Assembly: GCF_006345805.1 (NCBI RefSeq)
Contig: NC_042998.1
Coordinates: 177,630,001-177,694,000 of the forward strand
Length of the DNA: 64,000 nt
Direction: 5' to 3'
From: Octopus sinensis
Lineage: Eukaryota
Below the pieces are notes generated by a model. It was not told the origin of the DNA. It saw nothing but the letters and a program-made list of their open reading frames with translations, and searched no databases. Shown here in pieces: positions 1 through 12,640 of the stretch (positions are counted from its first letter, which is position 1; every line of letters starts with the position of its first letter). The translations under genes and the position numbers were made by a program.

Positions 1-1384
1 ACTCTTTGGTAAACCCGAAGGAATCTGTAAGATATCAAAAAATATGGGACTGAATTATAGATATGTTTTAATTTAACCCTGTGTTACTAACCTGGTAACA
101 TAAACCAGAAATTTTCTGATTTATGTTAACCAACACAGCTAAAAATGGTTGAAAGCTAATCATATTTAAATGAGAATTTCAGTGCAAATCTCAGTACATT
201 TGTGAAAATGTGATTTCACTATGTAAACAATTGATTTACACTGTCAGACATTATTTTACATGATATCTGAATGCTGCGAAGTTTGGGAGATTTTTTTCTT
301 CACTTTTTTTTTTCTACTTTGATTTTCTAAACTGTTTCAATTTAAGTGAAAACTGGACACCAGCTTCATGTTGTGAAACAGTAAATTTCAATTCAAAGTA
401 TTTTTGAAAGAAGACAGAGAAAAGTTTGAGAAAATATGCAGCAAACATGAAAACTGTGTGTAATTATGAATGTACAGTTATAGTTATATACACAAAGAGG
501 GAAAATTCTTCATAGATCTAAAATAACTATAATAATGAAATTTCCCAATGCTGACTTCAGCTGAAATGATAACTTAATGTATAAAGTAGATCTAAATGAG
601 TGTAATTTGAAATATATTTTAATAAGTTAGTCAGAAGAGAAGCAATACTCATGACCTTTGTAGGCCATCCCAGACCTTAAGACTGGTGTAGTTAACTTTG
701 AGACTGCTGAAATAATAGCCTACAACCTAATTGTACTAAGAAATAACAGAACATGAAAGCTGGACTCGATCTTACATTTACACCCAAATTCTGAAATGAG
801 ATTTTTATTTTGTTTTACTTTTTGAAACCATTGCTTATGAAATACAAGATAATAAAAACAATTAAATCACTTTCTTTCCAATGTAAGAAAATAATCCTAC
901 AAAAATTGCTTTAATAAACAACAAATACTAAGTATATCCTAAATATAGATACAGATCCTTACGCAGGGATAATTCATCTAACAGCTTTGATAAATATGAT
1001 CAAATGGTACAAAATTGTGCACAGATTTATATATTTTCCTTTGATTCCCTTTCTCTGTAGTAGTAAGTTAGGTTTACAGTTCTCTTAGTTGTTAACGTTA
1101 ATAATAATGTTGACATTTGATAGCTGACACAACCTACTATTAACGTGCTAATTGATGGTGCGACCTTTGAAAATTGTCACCCCACCAACCACATGCATCA
1201 CACAAAGCGATAAAAATTACTGAGAATAGCTAATTCAGTATAGATATTTAAGAAATTTCATTTCCTTATTATATTTCCTTACATTGTATATTTTATCTTG
1301 TTTGAAATTTTTAAGTGTTGTTGTTTATTTCTTAGAGATCTATATATTACAATAGATACTTTCTATTAATACAGCTCATGAAAA

Positions 1385-1600
1385 CAGCAAGCAGGCAGAA
1401 TCATTAAAGTGTTGGAAGAAATGCTTTGTGGTATTTCTTTTGACTCATAATGTTCTGGATTCATATCCGGCTGAGGTTAATTTTACCTTTCATCCCTCTG
1501 GGGTCAATGAAATAAAGAACCAGTCAAGTATTAAGGTTAATAGTAATGACTGACCCCTCACCTCGAAAACTGCTGTCCTTGTACCTCAATTAGAAACCAT
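1385..1600 (+). mobile_element. Degenerate tRNA-derived SINE (family 2) with a CCTTTCATCC..GGGGTC..AATAAGTACCAG core
   Basis: Related copies on the minus strand near 18715-18870, 19760-19930, 39290-39420 and 57620-57800. The core resembles the conserved central domain of MetaSINE-type elements (from memory, unverified). Confidence 0.6.
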
Positions 1601-2435
1601 TAATACAAGTCATTAATTTGTAGTTAATAAGAGGTATCAAATGTATCTCACTTTAATTTAACTGCTTTTTCTAGCTTCTGAGACATCTCAGTAGGTCATT
1701 ATAACACTCTTCAAAATTCTCTTACTTTTAAAATCATCACATGTTAAAAACCGATACATTTAATCATACACATCAAAAGAAAACAGTTTTTAAAAATTCA
1801 TTGCAATCAATATATAAATCACTAATTACTATAGCTAATCATAATAGCAGAATAGTGTAGGCACTTCAACTTCATGATTATGTAAGAGGTTACATGCAAA
1901 AGATACTGACTCATCATCTGAAGCAAGTTTATCCATAATTACAAAACAGTAACAATTTTTATTTCAGTTTTCAGACTACAGCTATGTTGAGGCACTATTT
2001 TGAAGGAATTTAGTTGATTAAATCAACCACAAATTTTATATTAAATCTGATTTATTCTATCACTCACTGTTAAGTTATGAGAACATAAACAAATTGACAC
2101 AGTCTGTCAATTGCCAAGTGGTGAGAGACAAAGTCACTCTCTCTCTCTCTCTCTCTCTCTATCTCACACACACAGAGCCTCATATTCATACATTGGACTT
2201 AGGCTATTTCCATCAACCAAATTCACTCACAAAGTATTAGTCAACCCATGGACAGAGATGAAAACATGTCCAAGGTGCCACACAGAGGAACTGAATCTCA
2301 AATCACGTTGTTATAAAGTGAACTTTTTAAACCATACAACCATGCCTGCGTCCAGTTGTTATTCTGACTGCAAAACTAGGCATCCAAATCAAATCAAATA
2401 AATAAAATAAAAATTAGAAAATAGTTAATACAAAC

Positions 2436-2509
2436 ACAGAGTTGTTCTCCTGCAACGGGAGTCAGTTCAGCTCCTTCAGGTTTGGGTGCATTTGGATCTA
2501 TGGGAGGTG
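2436..2509 (-). CDS. DIP2: DIP2 homolog, coding exon F (about 74 nt): (T)PPIDPNAPKPEGAELTPVAGEQL(C)
   Basis: Acceptor ttgtctttcag. Matches recalled DIP2 QPDPNQPKPEG..RGEQL. The donor is probably GTTTGT (low end 2436), alternatively GTGTTT (2438). The next exon was not found in 1-2435. Confidence 0.9.
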
Positions 2510-2982
2510 CTGAAAGACAAATATACATTATATTATTATATGCTTTAGTTTTGTCTGTTAATTGCCAAGACACTCATGCGCATATATAAAGATATAGACT
2601 TCTGTATGTACAGGAAATAAAATCAGCTTTTATTTATAATATGAAAGGGATCCTAGTACTTAGTTACTTTTGACTATTAATAACTTCTAAATAATAATAA
2701 TAATAATAATGATAATGAATCAGAACCAGTAGAGAGCTACAGATACCTAGGGGTATTTTAAGGGGAGGGAATCAAACATTCTCTCCTTGGGTTTGTTGAC
2801 TTCCAAGCTACATGGTGACCTCAATAGTGCTAGTGGTATGAAAAGAGCACTCAGTACACACTATAAAGTGGTTGGCATTAGGAAGGGCATCCACTATAGA
2901 AAACATGCTGAAGCAGGCAGTTGAGTTTGGTGCAGTCCTTGATACATTGGACCCTTGTTGAGCCATGCTAACATGGAACATG

Positions 2983-3246
2983 GACATGCCATTTGAGTTC
3001 AGACGAACACAATTCCCAGTGCAACTTTGCTTTGCAATGTCTACTAATAAAGCTCTAGGTAAGTCTTTGAAATCTATTGGCTTGCTTTTCTCAAGGCCAG
3101 CTTTGTTGGTTGCTCCAGGGTAGGTAGTCTGCAAGACTTATTTGCTTATGCTCCAAACCAGAAAACAAAGAATGGTGTTTACTCAGAAGCTCTTAATTTA
3201 TATATATAATGCTACCTGGTTGTAATAGCTATGATATTTCCACTAG
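2983..3246 (+). mobile_element. Helitron 3'-terminal fragment (degenerate PIF1-type helicase C-terminus plus CTAG end)
   Basis: With frameshifts the + strand reads DMPFEFRRTQFPVQLCFAMSTNKALGKSLKSIGL..FSQGQL..GCSRVGSLQDLFAYAPNQKTKNGVYSEAL, the typical Helitron helicase end. It is followed by a weak hairpin and CTAG at 3243-3246. Confidence 0.8.
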
Positions 3247-3857
3247 AGATTAGTCAATCCAGAAGGTTAAAGTATAGGGTTTATGAACAATTTAACAATG
3301 TCAATGCTTTTCTGTAGCCAAGTTTTATATTGCTGGTACAAACTAGATATAAAAACAATAAAAATACAATACATACTCTGGTTTGTCATAAACTAGAAAA
3401 TGATAAGGGAAAAAAAAGAATAATAAAACACTAATTGAACATAAAATTTAAAACCAAGTCCAGAAAATGAAAAATATTGGATTGATTTTGTAAGCTATTG
3501 TGCTTGGACTCAATTTCAAGAATGCCACCACAGAATATATGGCATGACTAGAAATAGCTGAAAACTTAAATATATATATCAGTATTCCCTACAGTAGGAT
3601 GTAATATTATATCAATCTCATTATTTAAAAGGGTCTTACAAGATATAAATCACTTAGAACTTTAGCTAATGTTATTTCCAAAGAAAAGTGTGTTTGATTA
3701 GAACAATTAGAATGGAATAAATTCTATAGTAAGCAGTTCCTTGTAAAGGACTAGGTGCAAGATTTTAGTGCAAGGCTTAAGGTGGTACATAAGAGGTGAG
3801 GAAAAATTAAGATGAAAAAGAAAATGATATCTTTAATGTATTGAACAGAAGTGTTAC

Positions 3858-3877
3858 TCACACACACACACGCATGC

Positions 3878-3938
<61 letters not shown>

Positions 3939-3972
3939 TATATATATACACACACACACACACACGCACACA
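3858..3972. repeat. Compound (CA)n(TA)n(CA)n microsatellite
   Basis: Seen directly; explains the low-complexity ORFs 3751..3969 and 3858..4079. Confidence 0.95.
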
Positions 3973-4847
3973 TATTTATTGATATAGTAACAGAGTGACA
4001 CAAGGTCTGAGAGTTTCATGCATTGGTACTTATCACTTTGATAAATGCTAATGCACGAAACTTTCAAACGTTGAACCACTCTTTTACTTCAGCTAAATAT
4101 TAATAAAAACATACAATGTACTCATATTTTGAGCTCTATTTTTTCCTGTTTGCACCAACAGGCCTATATACATATATAAAGTAGCAGTTATATGTATGAT
4201 AAAGCAAATGATTGTGACTAAAGAAAAACATTTGTAGGCAGAAATTTTAAGAACAGTTTTATATGGGAAAGGTAAGGTTTCAGTTAGTAATCTGATTTGG
4301 TAGAGTAGAGATTGAGCTTATGAAATAGAAAATAAGAATATATTAATAAATGAATTATAGTGCAAGAGAAATGTTAGTTGAAAATGATAGGTGGAATGTA
4401 ATTCCAAAATATTTATCAATAAAAATGTTATTTAGCTTAGTTTATGAGATTTTTTAAAATTATATTCATGAAATGTTATCTAAGGATGCATCAAATATAA
4501 CATCTGCATGTAACATATGTAGACAAATCAAATGACACCCTTTTGTAAGCAAGAAATTGTCTGAGTATACTGTGCAAGAAGGAATGGAAATATGTTTTCC
4601 AGTTAATAAATTTAAATGAGTTGTTTTTAAAGAACCAAGTTCAAGGAAAATACTCCCAAACCATTATAAAGTTTTTGTTTAACATGACATAATGTTGGAG
4701 AAAAGAACAGTGTGAAAATTTTTAGTTTACAAAAAAAAAATAGAGTTAGTGAAATAAAATTATCAGCAAAATAGCTCTAATGGTAACTTTAAATTGATAA
4801 TTAATGCTAATTTAACTGCTAAATAAAAGAAAGAAAAATCAACTTAC

Positions 4848-4905
4848 TTTCTAAAGCTTCATCTTCATCAATGAAAAATTCCCTCAAAGGTTTCCTTTTT
4901 GGACG
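4848..4905 (-). CDS. DIP2: DIP2 homolog, coding exon E (58 nt, phase 0/1): RPKRKPLREFFIDEDEALE
   Basis: Acceptor tttttgctcctttacacag and donor GTAAGT. Matches recalled DIP2 RPKRPPLREFFVDDFEELLE and joins in frame to exons D and F. Confidence 0.93.
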
Positions 4906-5232
4906 CTGTGTAAAGGAGCAAAAATGAGAGAAAATTTGAAACTATAAATGTTTAATATATCTAAAAAGGACTAAACAAATTTTAAAAGTTATTGGATACC
5001 ACAAACTATATCACACAAAAGTAATAAATGTGGAAGTAAATTTTGATCCATTGCCAATATAAATCTGTCATTAGAACTGCATTTTGCATTAATTTTATAC
5101 ATAAATTTCAAAACATGAAACTAATTTTTATTTTAGCACATCTTAGGTACTGTACACAAATCTAGAAAAAAAAACAAACTTTAAAGTTAATACACAAATT
5201 AAAATATACCTGGAGTTTAACTTTGACTTGCA

Positions 5233-5582
5233 TACTCTTTTACTTGTTTCAGTCATTTGACTGCGGCCATGCTGGAGCACCGCCTTTAGTCAAGCAAATA
5301 GACTAGTACTTATTCTATTGGTCTCTTTTGCCGAACCGCTAAGTTATGGGGACCTAGACACACCAGCATCGGTTGTCAAGCGATATTGGGAGGACAAACA
5401 CAGACACACACATATATATGACGGGCTTCTTTCAGTTTCCGTCTACCAAATCCACTCACAAGGTTTTGGTCGGCCTGAGGCAATAGTAGAAGACACTTGC
5501 CCAAGGTGCCACGCAGAGGGATTGAACCCGGAACCATGTGGTTGGTAAGCAAGCTACTTACCACACAGCCACTCCTGCGCCT
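5233..5582 (-). mobile_element. Near full-length tRNA-derived SINE (family 1)
   Basis: Reverse complement of the copy at 24326-24725: pol III A/B-box head, central CA/TA microsatellite, 3' end CCAGCATGGCCGCAGTC..GAAACAAGTAAAAGAGTA. Confidence 0.85.
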
Positions 5583-8500
5583 ATGAAATTTCAACCTTGT
5601 TCTATCTAAAATGAAATAGATATCACCAAGATAAATTTTTTTTTTCAAAAGTGTCAAATAAGGAAATATAGCTGATTAGTTGACTCCCAGCAAATGACTG
5701 GCATATATTTTGTATATATCAGTGAAACGAATAAACGTTGATTAAGATAATGTGGTTCTGAAATTCATTTCCATGGTAGATAATTTTTAATATTCTAATT
5801 ACACTGCATAAACAACATTAATAGAATATAGCTTATCATGCTCTCAATGCTACAAATTTAATTTAAAAGCCTAATCTGATGACATGCTTGCCTTCAGAAA
5901 GAAAGAAATTCTTCCTCAAAGATGAATCGTTAGCAGAAATATGAAATATTGGTAGCCAAGACATTTTTGTAAATATTAATTTATAGTGTATAGATTAACC
6001 GTTTCTGTTGAAATAGACTTTATTTTCATTAATTGTGAAAATTATGAAGAATTTAGTAAAATGACTTCGTCATTATTCAACTGCTGTTTGGAACATAAAT
6101 TAGCATGAAATTTTGATTGAAGATTTTAATTTAAATTTCTTTAAAACAGGAAGTTTATTTCACAGAACTGAAGTATCAGAAGGGTCAAGTTTTTAGAACT
6201 CTATTCAAGGTAAAATGTCTAAAATATAATGTGTTGGCTACTCATGCCCTTGAGCAAAAGAAATAACTGCTTCATCCAGTTAGCCTGACTGGCAATAGGT
6301 CCCATTGTAATTCATTGTTGAGTTGCTGGTAGTAGGGGTCACAGCTGAAAAACAAAACTATCACTCCAACAAAAACCACCCTAATCATGATAACAAAAAG
6401 AAAAAAGAATAGATGCAGTGGGAAAAGAAACAAAAAAGGATAACAACATGTAGCATCTGAGATTACAACTGTACAGGGGCAAAGTAAGGAGAGAAAAAGT
6501 GTGTACAGATGACGATGATGATGATGGACAAATGAATTGGTTTATGGTTTGTAAGTTTTGTTAGTCCAGCCAGTTACTGGTTTGTGAATTTGTATCTGCT
6601 ATAATTTGATTTACTCTGTTTTGGATACTTAATTTTACATGCCTTGGTGAACATAACTGGAAGAAGTAGCAACACTTATAAAAGCCATGAAATTGTAAAG
6701 ATTTAGGAAGCATTGTACTAGGAACGAATCCAGTTTTTTGTTCCAAATTATGACTAGAGATGAAAGAACGAAATATGTGGTCTTGTGACAGTTGCATATC
6801 ATGCTAAAATTATATAGCAATGAAAAAAATATACAAATTGTGTAAAACAAAGATGACCAGAACATAGCAAAACAAGCAATGATTATGTAATGAAATAACG
6901 AAGTTATGTATTTATGACAATGTTACAGCAAGGCCGCAACTCACTAGCTTGAACGAGTTAACACAAGTAAACAACAATCTGGTTTCATTTATGTGATAAA
7001 TCCTATCTGCCTTTTTGGCAGATACATTAATTCTATCATTAATTATTTTAATGGGAAAAGAAATTACCCCTTTGTCACTTTGAAAGCTAAGAAAGCAGCA
7101 TGAATTTTAAATAACATCAAATAATTTCCCAATTTACTAAAAATTGATTTTAACCTCATTAAATCTACCTACTGTATTTTCCAATGTGTAATGTGAGAAA
7201 TTTAATACACAACAACATCATGAAAATTGGTGGTTAGCATTATACTTGAGTGTAAAAACAAAACAAAATAAAACAGAGGATAGAGTATATTTTTGATTTT
7301 TTGAGGGGTTATATTATATCTTGAGATATCAAAGAACTTGTTTATGCTCAGTGATTAAATGATAAAATAAATATTTTTAACAAAAATTTGACAAGTGTTT
7401 ACATTCTTAAATAGTAACTAATTCCTTCTTCAGTCTTGTACTGAGTTTGACCCTTGTTGCTTCACATTTGTAAAGCTGAGGTTGGTGTGACCCGACAGCC
7501 ATAAAATCTGATGTAGAGCCTCATTAACAATAATCTATAAAGGTTTACATAAAACAAGTGTAAACAATGTAGATATTGCTTTCAAATGAACACTTAAAAA
7601 ACTCAACAGAATCTTGTTAATTTAAAGACCATTCTTCAAACATATTTATTCTTTTATTTTGATGTGAATATCAAGGAAAAAGAAACTAGCTGTTGCTATT
7701 ACTCTTATTAAATAGATATCCTAAAAACCTAAAGATAGGTAAAATTGCATAAGCTACTTCAAAAAGTATACAAAATGTTTTTAACATGGTAAATATAAAA
7801 GTATTTCATTAGGAATCAGAAATATACAAATTATAGCTTGAAACAAAATGTAGCACATACAGTGTTTGGATTTTCTTTTCTTTTTGGAGGATTTTAAATA
7901 TTTGTTTACATCCTTGCATAGATTGGGTGGTGCATGGACTTAGTGATATATATTCATACATAATTTGTGTGTGTGTTTGTGTACTGTATACATTATGGTT
8001 TTTAGAGTATACACACTATATTCCTGCATATCACAAGCAATGAAAAAAGTCCCATTTAAAGAAATAATTTTTTGTGACATTGTCTGTTGTTTTATGACCC
8101 ATAGGCCAGTAAAATCTGGCTAATCCTCAGTATGCCTTCACTCTCTTCACTGATGCTGAAGTAAGGGTGTCAATTCCCATTCCATTTCTTGGTATTTTTT
8201 TCTCCGAACCACATTTTAAATTCGTAATTTACTTGAAGAAAACAGTTATACTGAACCTTTGATTGAGTCGAGAATGATGAAAATGTTTTGAAAACTTTGC
8301 ATAAGCCTCTTTGCATAATCACCAAGCTTTTGGCAAAATTTGATGCAGATTTTCTGCTCAACTTTCTGTCATGGTAAATGTGACGATCATACACTACACA
8401 CCTTCCTTCCAAGCACTGCTGTAAACAGCGGAAATAAACTAGAACATTAAAACTCAGTGCACATGCACAGCAGAGTTCAAGGTCAAACTAGACTAAGTGG

Positions 8501-10229
8501 CTTCACTTTGCATGCTTTAGCTTCATTACTATGGCAACAGTCCGGATACCTATTGACCAAACCATGTATCTAAAAGTAAGATGAAAGCCGAGACCAAAAA
8601 AAATCTTAGCAAAAAGATAAAATAGTTGCTGTATATTTGGAGAGGATACAACCACACCCATCTTGTTGATGTGGCTGTATGACTGACAGACATTAAAAAA
8701 GCAAGCTACAGAACAGGCTAAAAGAACCCAGACGTGGAGTGCCCAGCAATGTAAGCTATAATACATCATTGCATCAACCAGACTATTCAATCTCGATATA
8801 CACTACTGGTCACAATGCCCCTCTGTGCATTGTTGTTATATGTTGGAAAAGTTGGTTTATGTTGCCTATGGTTTCTAGCCATAGTTTAATATCTAGAAAT
8901 GCAAGTCTGCTGATGGGGTGCTAGGACTGTTAGTTGAAGTAGCCCTTGATGCTCTGCTGGATGGAGTTTGTTTTTGCACTGAATACTCTCCATCAGATTG
9001 TTTTTCTATTTCCTGACTATCATCTACTGGGATTGTTTTGATTACAGTTTTAATGTCATCAACATATTTCCACATGGGCCCATCCCTGTGGCAATGTAGA
9101 AAAACAATAAAAATAAAAACAGGCAGATCTGTCAAGTCTCTATTAAGTTAAATATATTTAGGAAAAAAACTATGTACTGGCAACTTGGAGACTCTGCACC
9201 AGTGAACCACAGATAAATTAGAAAACTAGAAATTTAGTGCATCACAGATCAATGGGAGGGCTGTATAGAGACACCACTGAACTCTATATAGGAGAAATGG
9301 CTCACAAACACTGGCATGAAAAGAAAACATTTAGAATCTACCAAATAGCAAAAATGTAACAGATTAAATAATGTTGAAATAACAAAATTTTCTCCCACAT
9401 CTAAAAGACCCAACAGTTCAATAGATTATAGAAGTGGTATGTAAACTGGAAGCAGATTCTGACCCACACACTCTCTCAATAGATTGAATGAGTGGAGTAA
9501 CAATAACTCCATAAACATCATCTACCACAATAATACAAGGATGAGGATAAATAAAGGTTAAAGTTAACTGAAGTCAACCCCTACACACATACACTTACAG
9601 ACCATAACACATCCACACATATACATAATTTTACATCCATTTTTTAAATACTGGGGTCAATTATAACAGATCTTATTGAGGGGCCCCCATCCACACAAAT
9701 GGGTTGAAGAACCACACCTTGATCAAATGATTGGTCTCTATGGCTGGATGCTTTTCCTACCAATGAGGGAGAGAAAATGTGTGTGTGAGGAGAGTGCCAT
9801 TCATGCTACATCTATTTTTCAATGCTTGCAAGGATAATATATTATTGAGGATTACATACAGCCATATGCCATTCCTTTCACTAATCTTTACTTGATCTTC
9901 AAGTAAGGATCTCGTAATTCACAAAACTGAAAATGTAAAGATAGTGATGATTTGTTGACAGAGGAAATGACAACAATGCCCATGCTTGTGGCTCAGCAAT
10001 TTTCAGAGAAACCTATTTGCAAACTAACATACAGATGTGTGTACATACACATGATTCAGTTTCTACCAACCAAATTCACACACAAGGCCTCAGACATCCT
10101 AGGACTAGAATAGAAAACACCTGCCCAAAGCACCATGCAGTGAAACTGAACCCCAAACCATGAAGTGAATTGGACTAATCAACCAAACTGCAAACCTATA
10201 CTCATTAAACCATGCCTACACCCATTTTT

Positions 10230-12640
10230 CCCATGCTTGCATGGGTAGGACAGACTTTCAGCAGTATAATGTCTCACCACTTGTTACAGTGAATCATCAT
10301 CATCATCTTTAGATCAGACAACACTACTTCTTCCCATTTCTTACTTGTGTTACCACTTGGTCATTTAATACTCTTTAACCCAATTATCATACTCTATACA
10401 TAATGCATAGAGATATACATTACAAGAGAGGAGACTACATTGCTCTAAACCAGTGCAGCCTTCTATCCTGCACACTCCATCCAATTCTTTTCTTAGCTTA
10501 AATGTGTACCATCATTTATGTTTAACTTTAGGTGTTCAGCGGAAGCAAACTCAGCTTATTTTTTTAGTCTTTATACACTTCATGTTCTTTGTAAGACTCA
10601 TGCAATCTATTCTTCACTTGGAGAGAAAAATCACCTCATTGCTAGTAAAGCTAACAGCTCCCTGAACTTTTTCCATGCAATCTTACTCTAGGAACTATGT
10701 TTACAAAGCACTTACTCCACTGCTAATTAAAGAATCCATTTAAAAGGTGCTCTTACTGCAAATTATTTTTCTGCATTTGCTACATATGAAGACTTCCTTC
10801 CCTGTTGGCCAGTCTGTGATCCCATTACACCTCTTGTGCAACCATGAAAAAAACCATATGGAATTCCTACCAACTACTTTTCTGGGATTTGAGTTTGGCC
10901 ACTTCCTAGATACAAGTAAAGTTTTGTCTTCTTTCTTGCTAACTTAAGCTTCTGTATTTATTAAGCTTATTTTAAGGCCTTTCAATTCTAGGCTGTGCTT
11001 CTGTGTTTATAATTTCTTTTCTTAATCTTTGACAGATCCAGTCATGAGAATTTGGCCATTAGTATACAGTCTTAAACTCTCTGTTATGGCCAGGAAAACT
11101 TTAATTAACAGTAAGAGCTGAAAACCAAGCCCTGGTGAACATGCTATATTTTTTTCTGAACTTGCTGATGGCATGTTTGTAGATGGCTTGCATAGCTCCC
11201 ACAAGCTATTCATCTACACTTGATTTTAGCAAACACTAAATAAATTATCCAATAAAATATAGTTACTCACATAGTTGATAAGGTAGTACAAGAAGGGGTA
11301 AATTTTTAATACCTACTGTAGTATCAAGAGCAACTGCAATGGAAATGCTCTAGAAAGACGCAAGCAGCTATAGATGAATGTACTGGAAAAAAATTTCACA
11401 AAGTGAGCTTCTTAACATGTAAAACAATTTGGACTTGTGCCAAGATGGAGTACCACTGAAGCCTAGTTCCTAGTTAGACAACTTGAAAGAGAAGCTCTTA
11501 ACTCAGTCAAGGCACTCCACCTAGTTTTTGTTTATCTGGAGAAGGCCTTTGACAAGTTATCACGCTCTGTTGTTTGGTGGTCACCAAGAAAACTTACTAT
11601 AAAAGAATGGCTCATACAAAGATACTGCCAGCAAGATGAAAAGCTAGCAATGAATACAGCAAGAAATTTAGCATGTAGGTGGGTGCCCATCAGGACATGG
11701 CTCTCAATCCCCTTCTGTTTATTATAATTCTCCTGACCATAACTGAGGAGTTGAGGACAAGTTGTCTGTGAGAACTGCTGTATGTCAGTGACCTACTTCA
11801 CAGCTGAATCTGTCAAAGTATTAGAGAAGAAATTACAAGCATGGAAACAAGAGCTAAAATCAAAATATCTTTACATAAACCTGGCAAAAAGTTTTCATAA
11901 CATGGAAGAAAACAGAATTCTACTGGCATTTGGAAAATGGGCATGCTTGTTACGTAAAAAAGAACTAAGTTTTCATATGATGCACCTAGTGTAAACTGTT
12001 GGTGAACAAGAGATGTAGTGGGATCACAGGCAGGATGATACAGAAGAACTCTGTATGTAGCAGATGTGAAGAAATAGTTAGCATGAAGAGCATCCAAAGA
12101 AGATATCATTTCAAATATATAGAGGGTTCCTTAGAAGCTGAAGTGAGCTTTTGTTGCTTAAATAGCTAGCGGTAGAAGATGGTGTTCTGGAAACATAGTA
12201 GTTACACTAAAAATGCCATGGTAAAAGGTTTAGGAAGTTTTTATTCTGCTGGTGACAGAGATTCCTTCTCTGATTGAAAGAAAGATTGTATGATGCTTGT
12301 GTACAAAGTACTATATATCATAGAGTAAAAAGTGTACTAAATCTGGAGGGTGAGCAAAAACTGGAAAGTAAATAAGTGAGCATGGATGTATAATGTTAGT
12401 GAGCATGAATGATAGGGTTCAAACGAAAAAAAAAAAAAAGGGTACAAAAGAAATTAGATGTAGTGTGCAAAAGAGAAAACTGAGTTGGTATGGACATGTG
12501 ATGCATATAGAAATTTATAGTAAAGAAGTATCAAGTGTTCCAAGAAAGAACCTACAGAAGATCATGGAAGATAGGGGAAGAAATGTGTAAGTTGGTCTCA
12601 TGAAGCTGAACCTCATAAAGAAAGATATAGTAATAAAAGG
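10230..12640. mobile_element. Two degenerate RTE-clade LINE fragments in opposite orientation (minus about 10230-11230, plus about 11340-12640)
   Basis: The plus part reads FLVRQL..LHLVFVYLEKAFDKLSRSVVWW (RT motif). The minus part is the reverse complement of the RT C-terminal region. Many stops and frameshifts; boundaries approximate. Confidence 0.7.
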
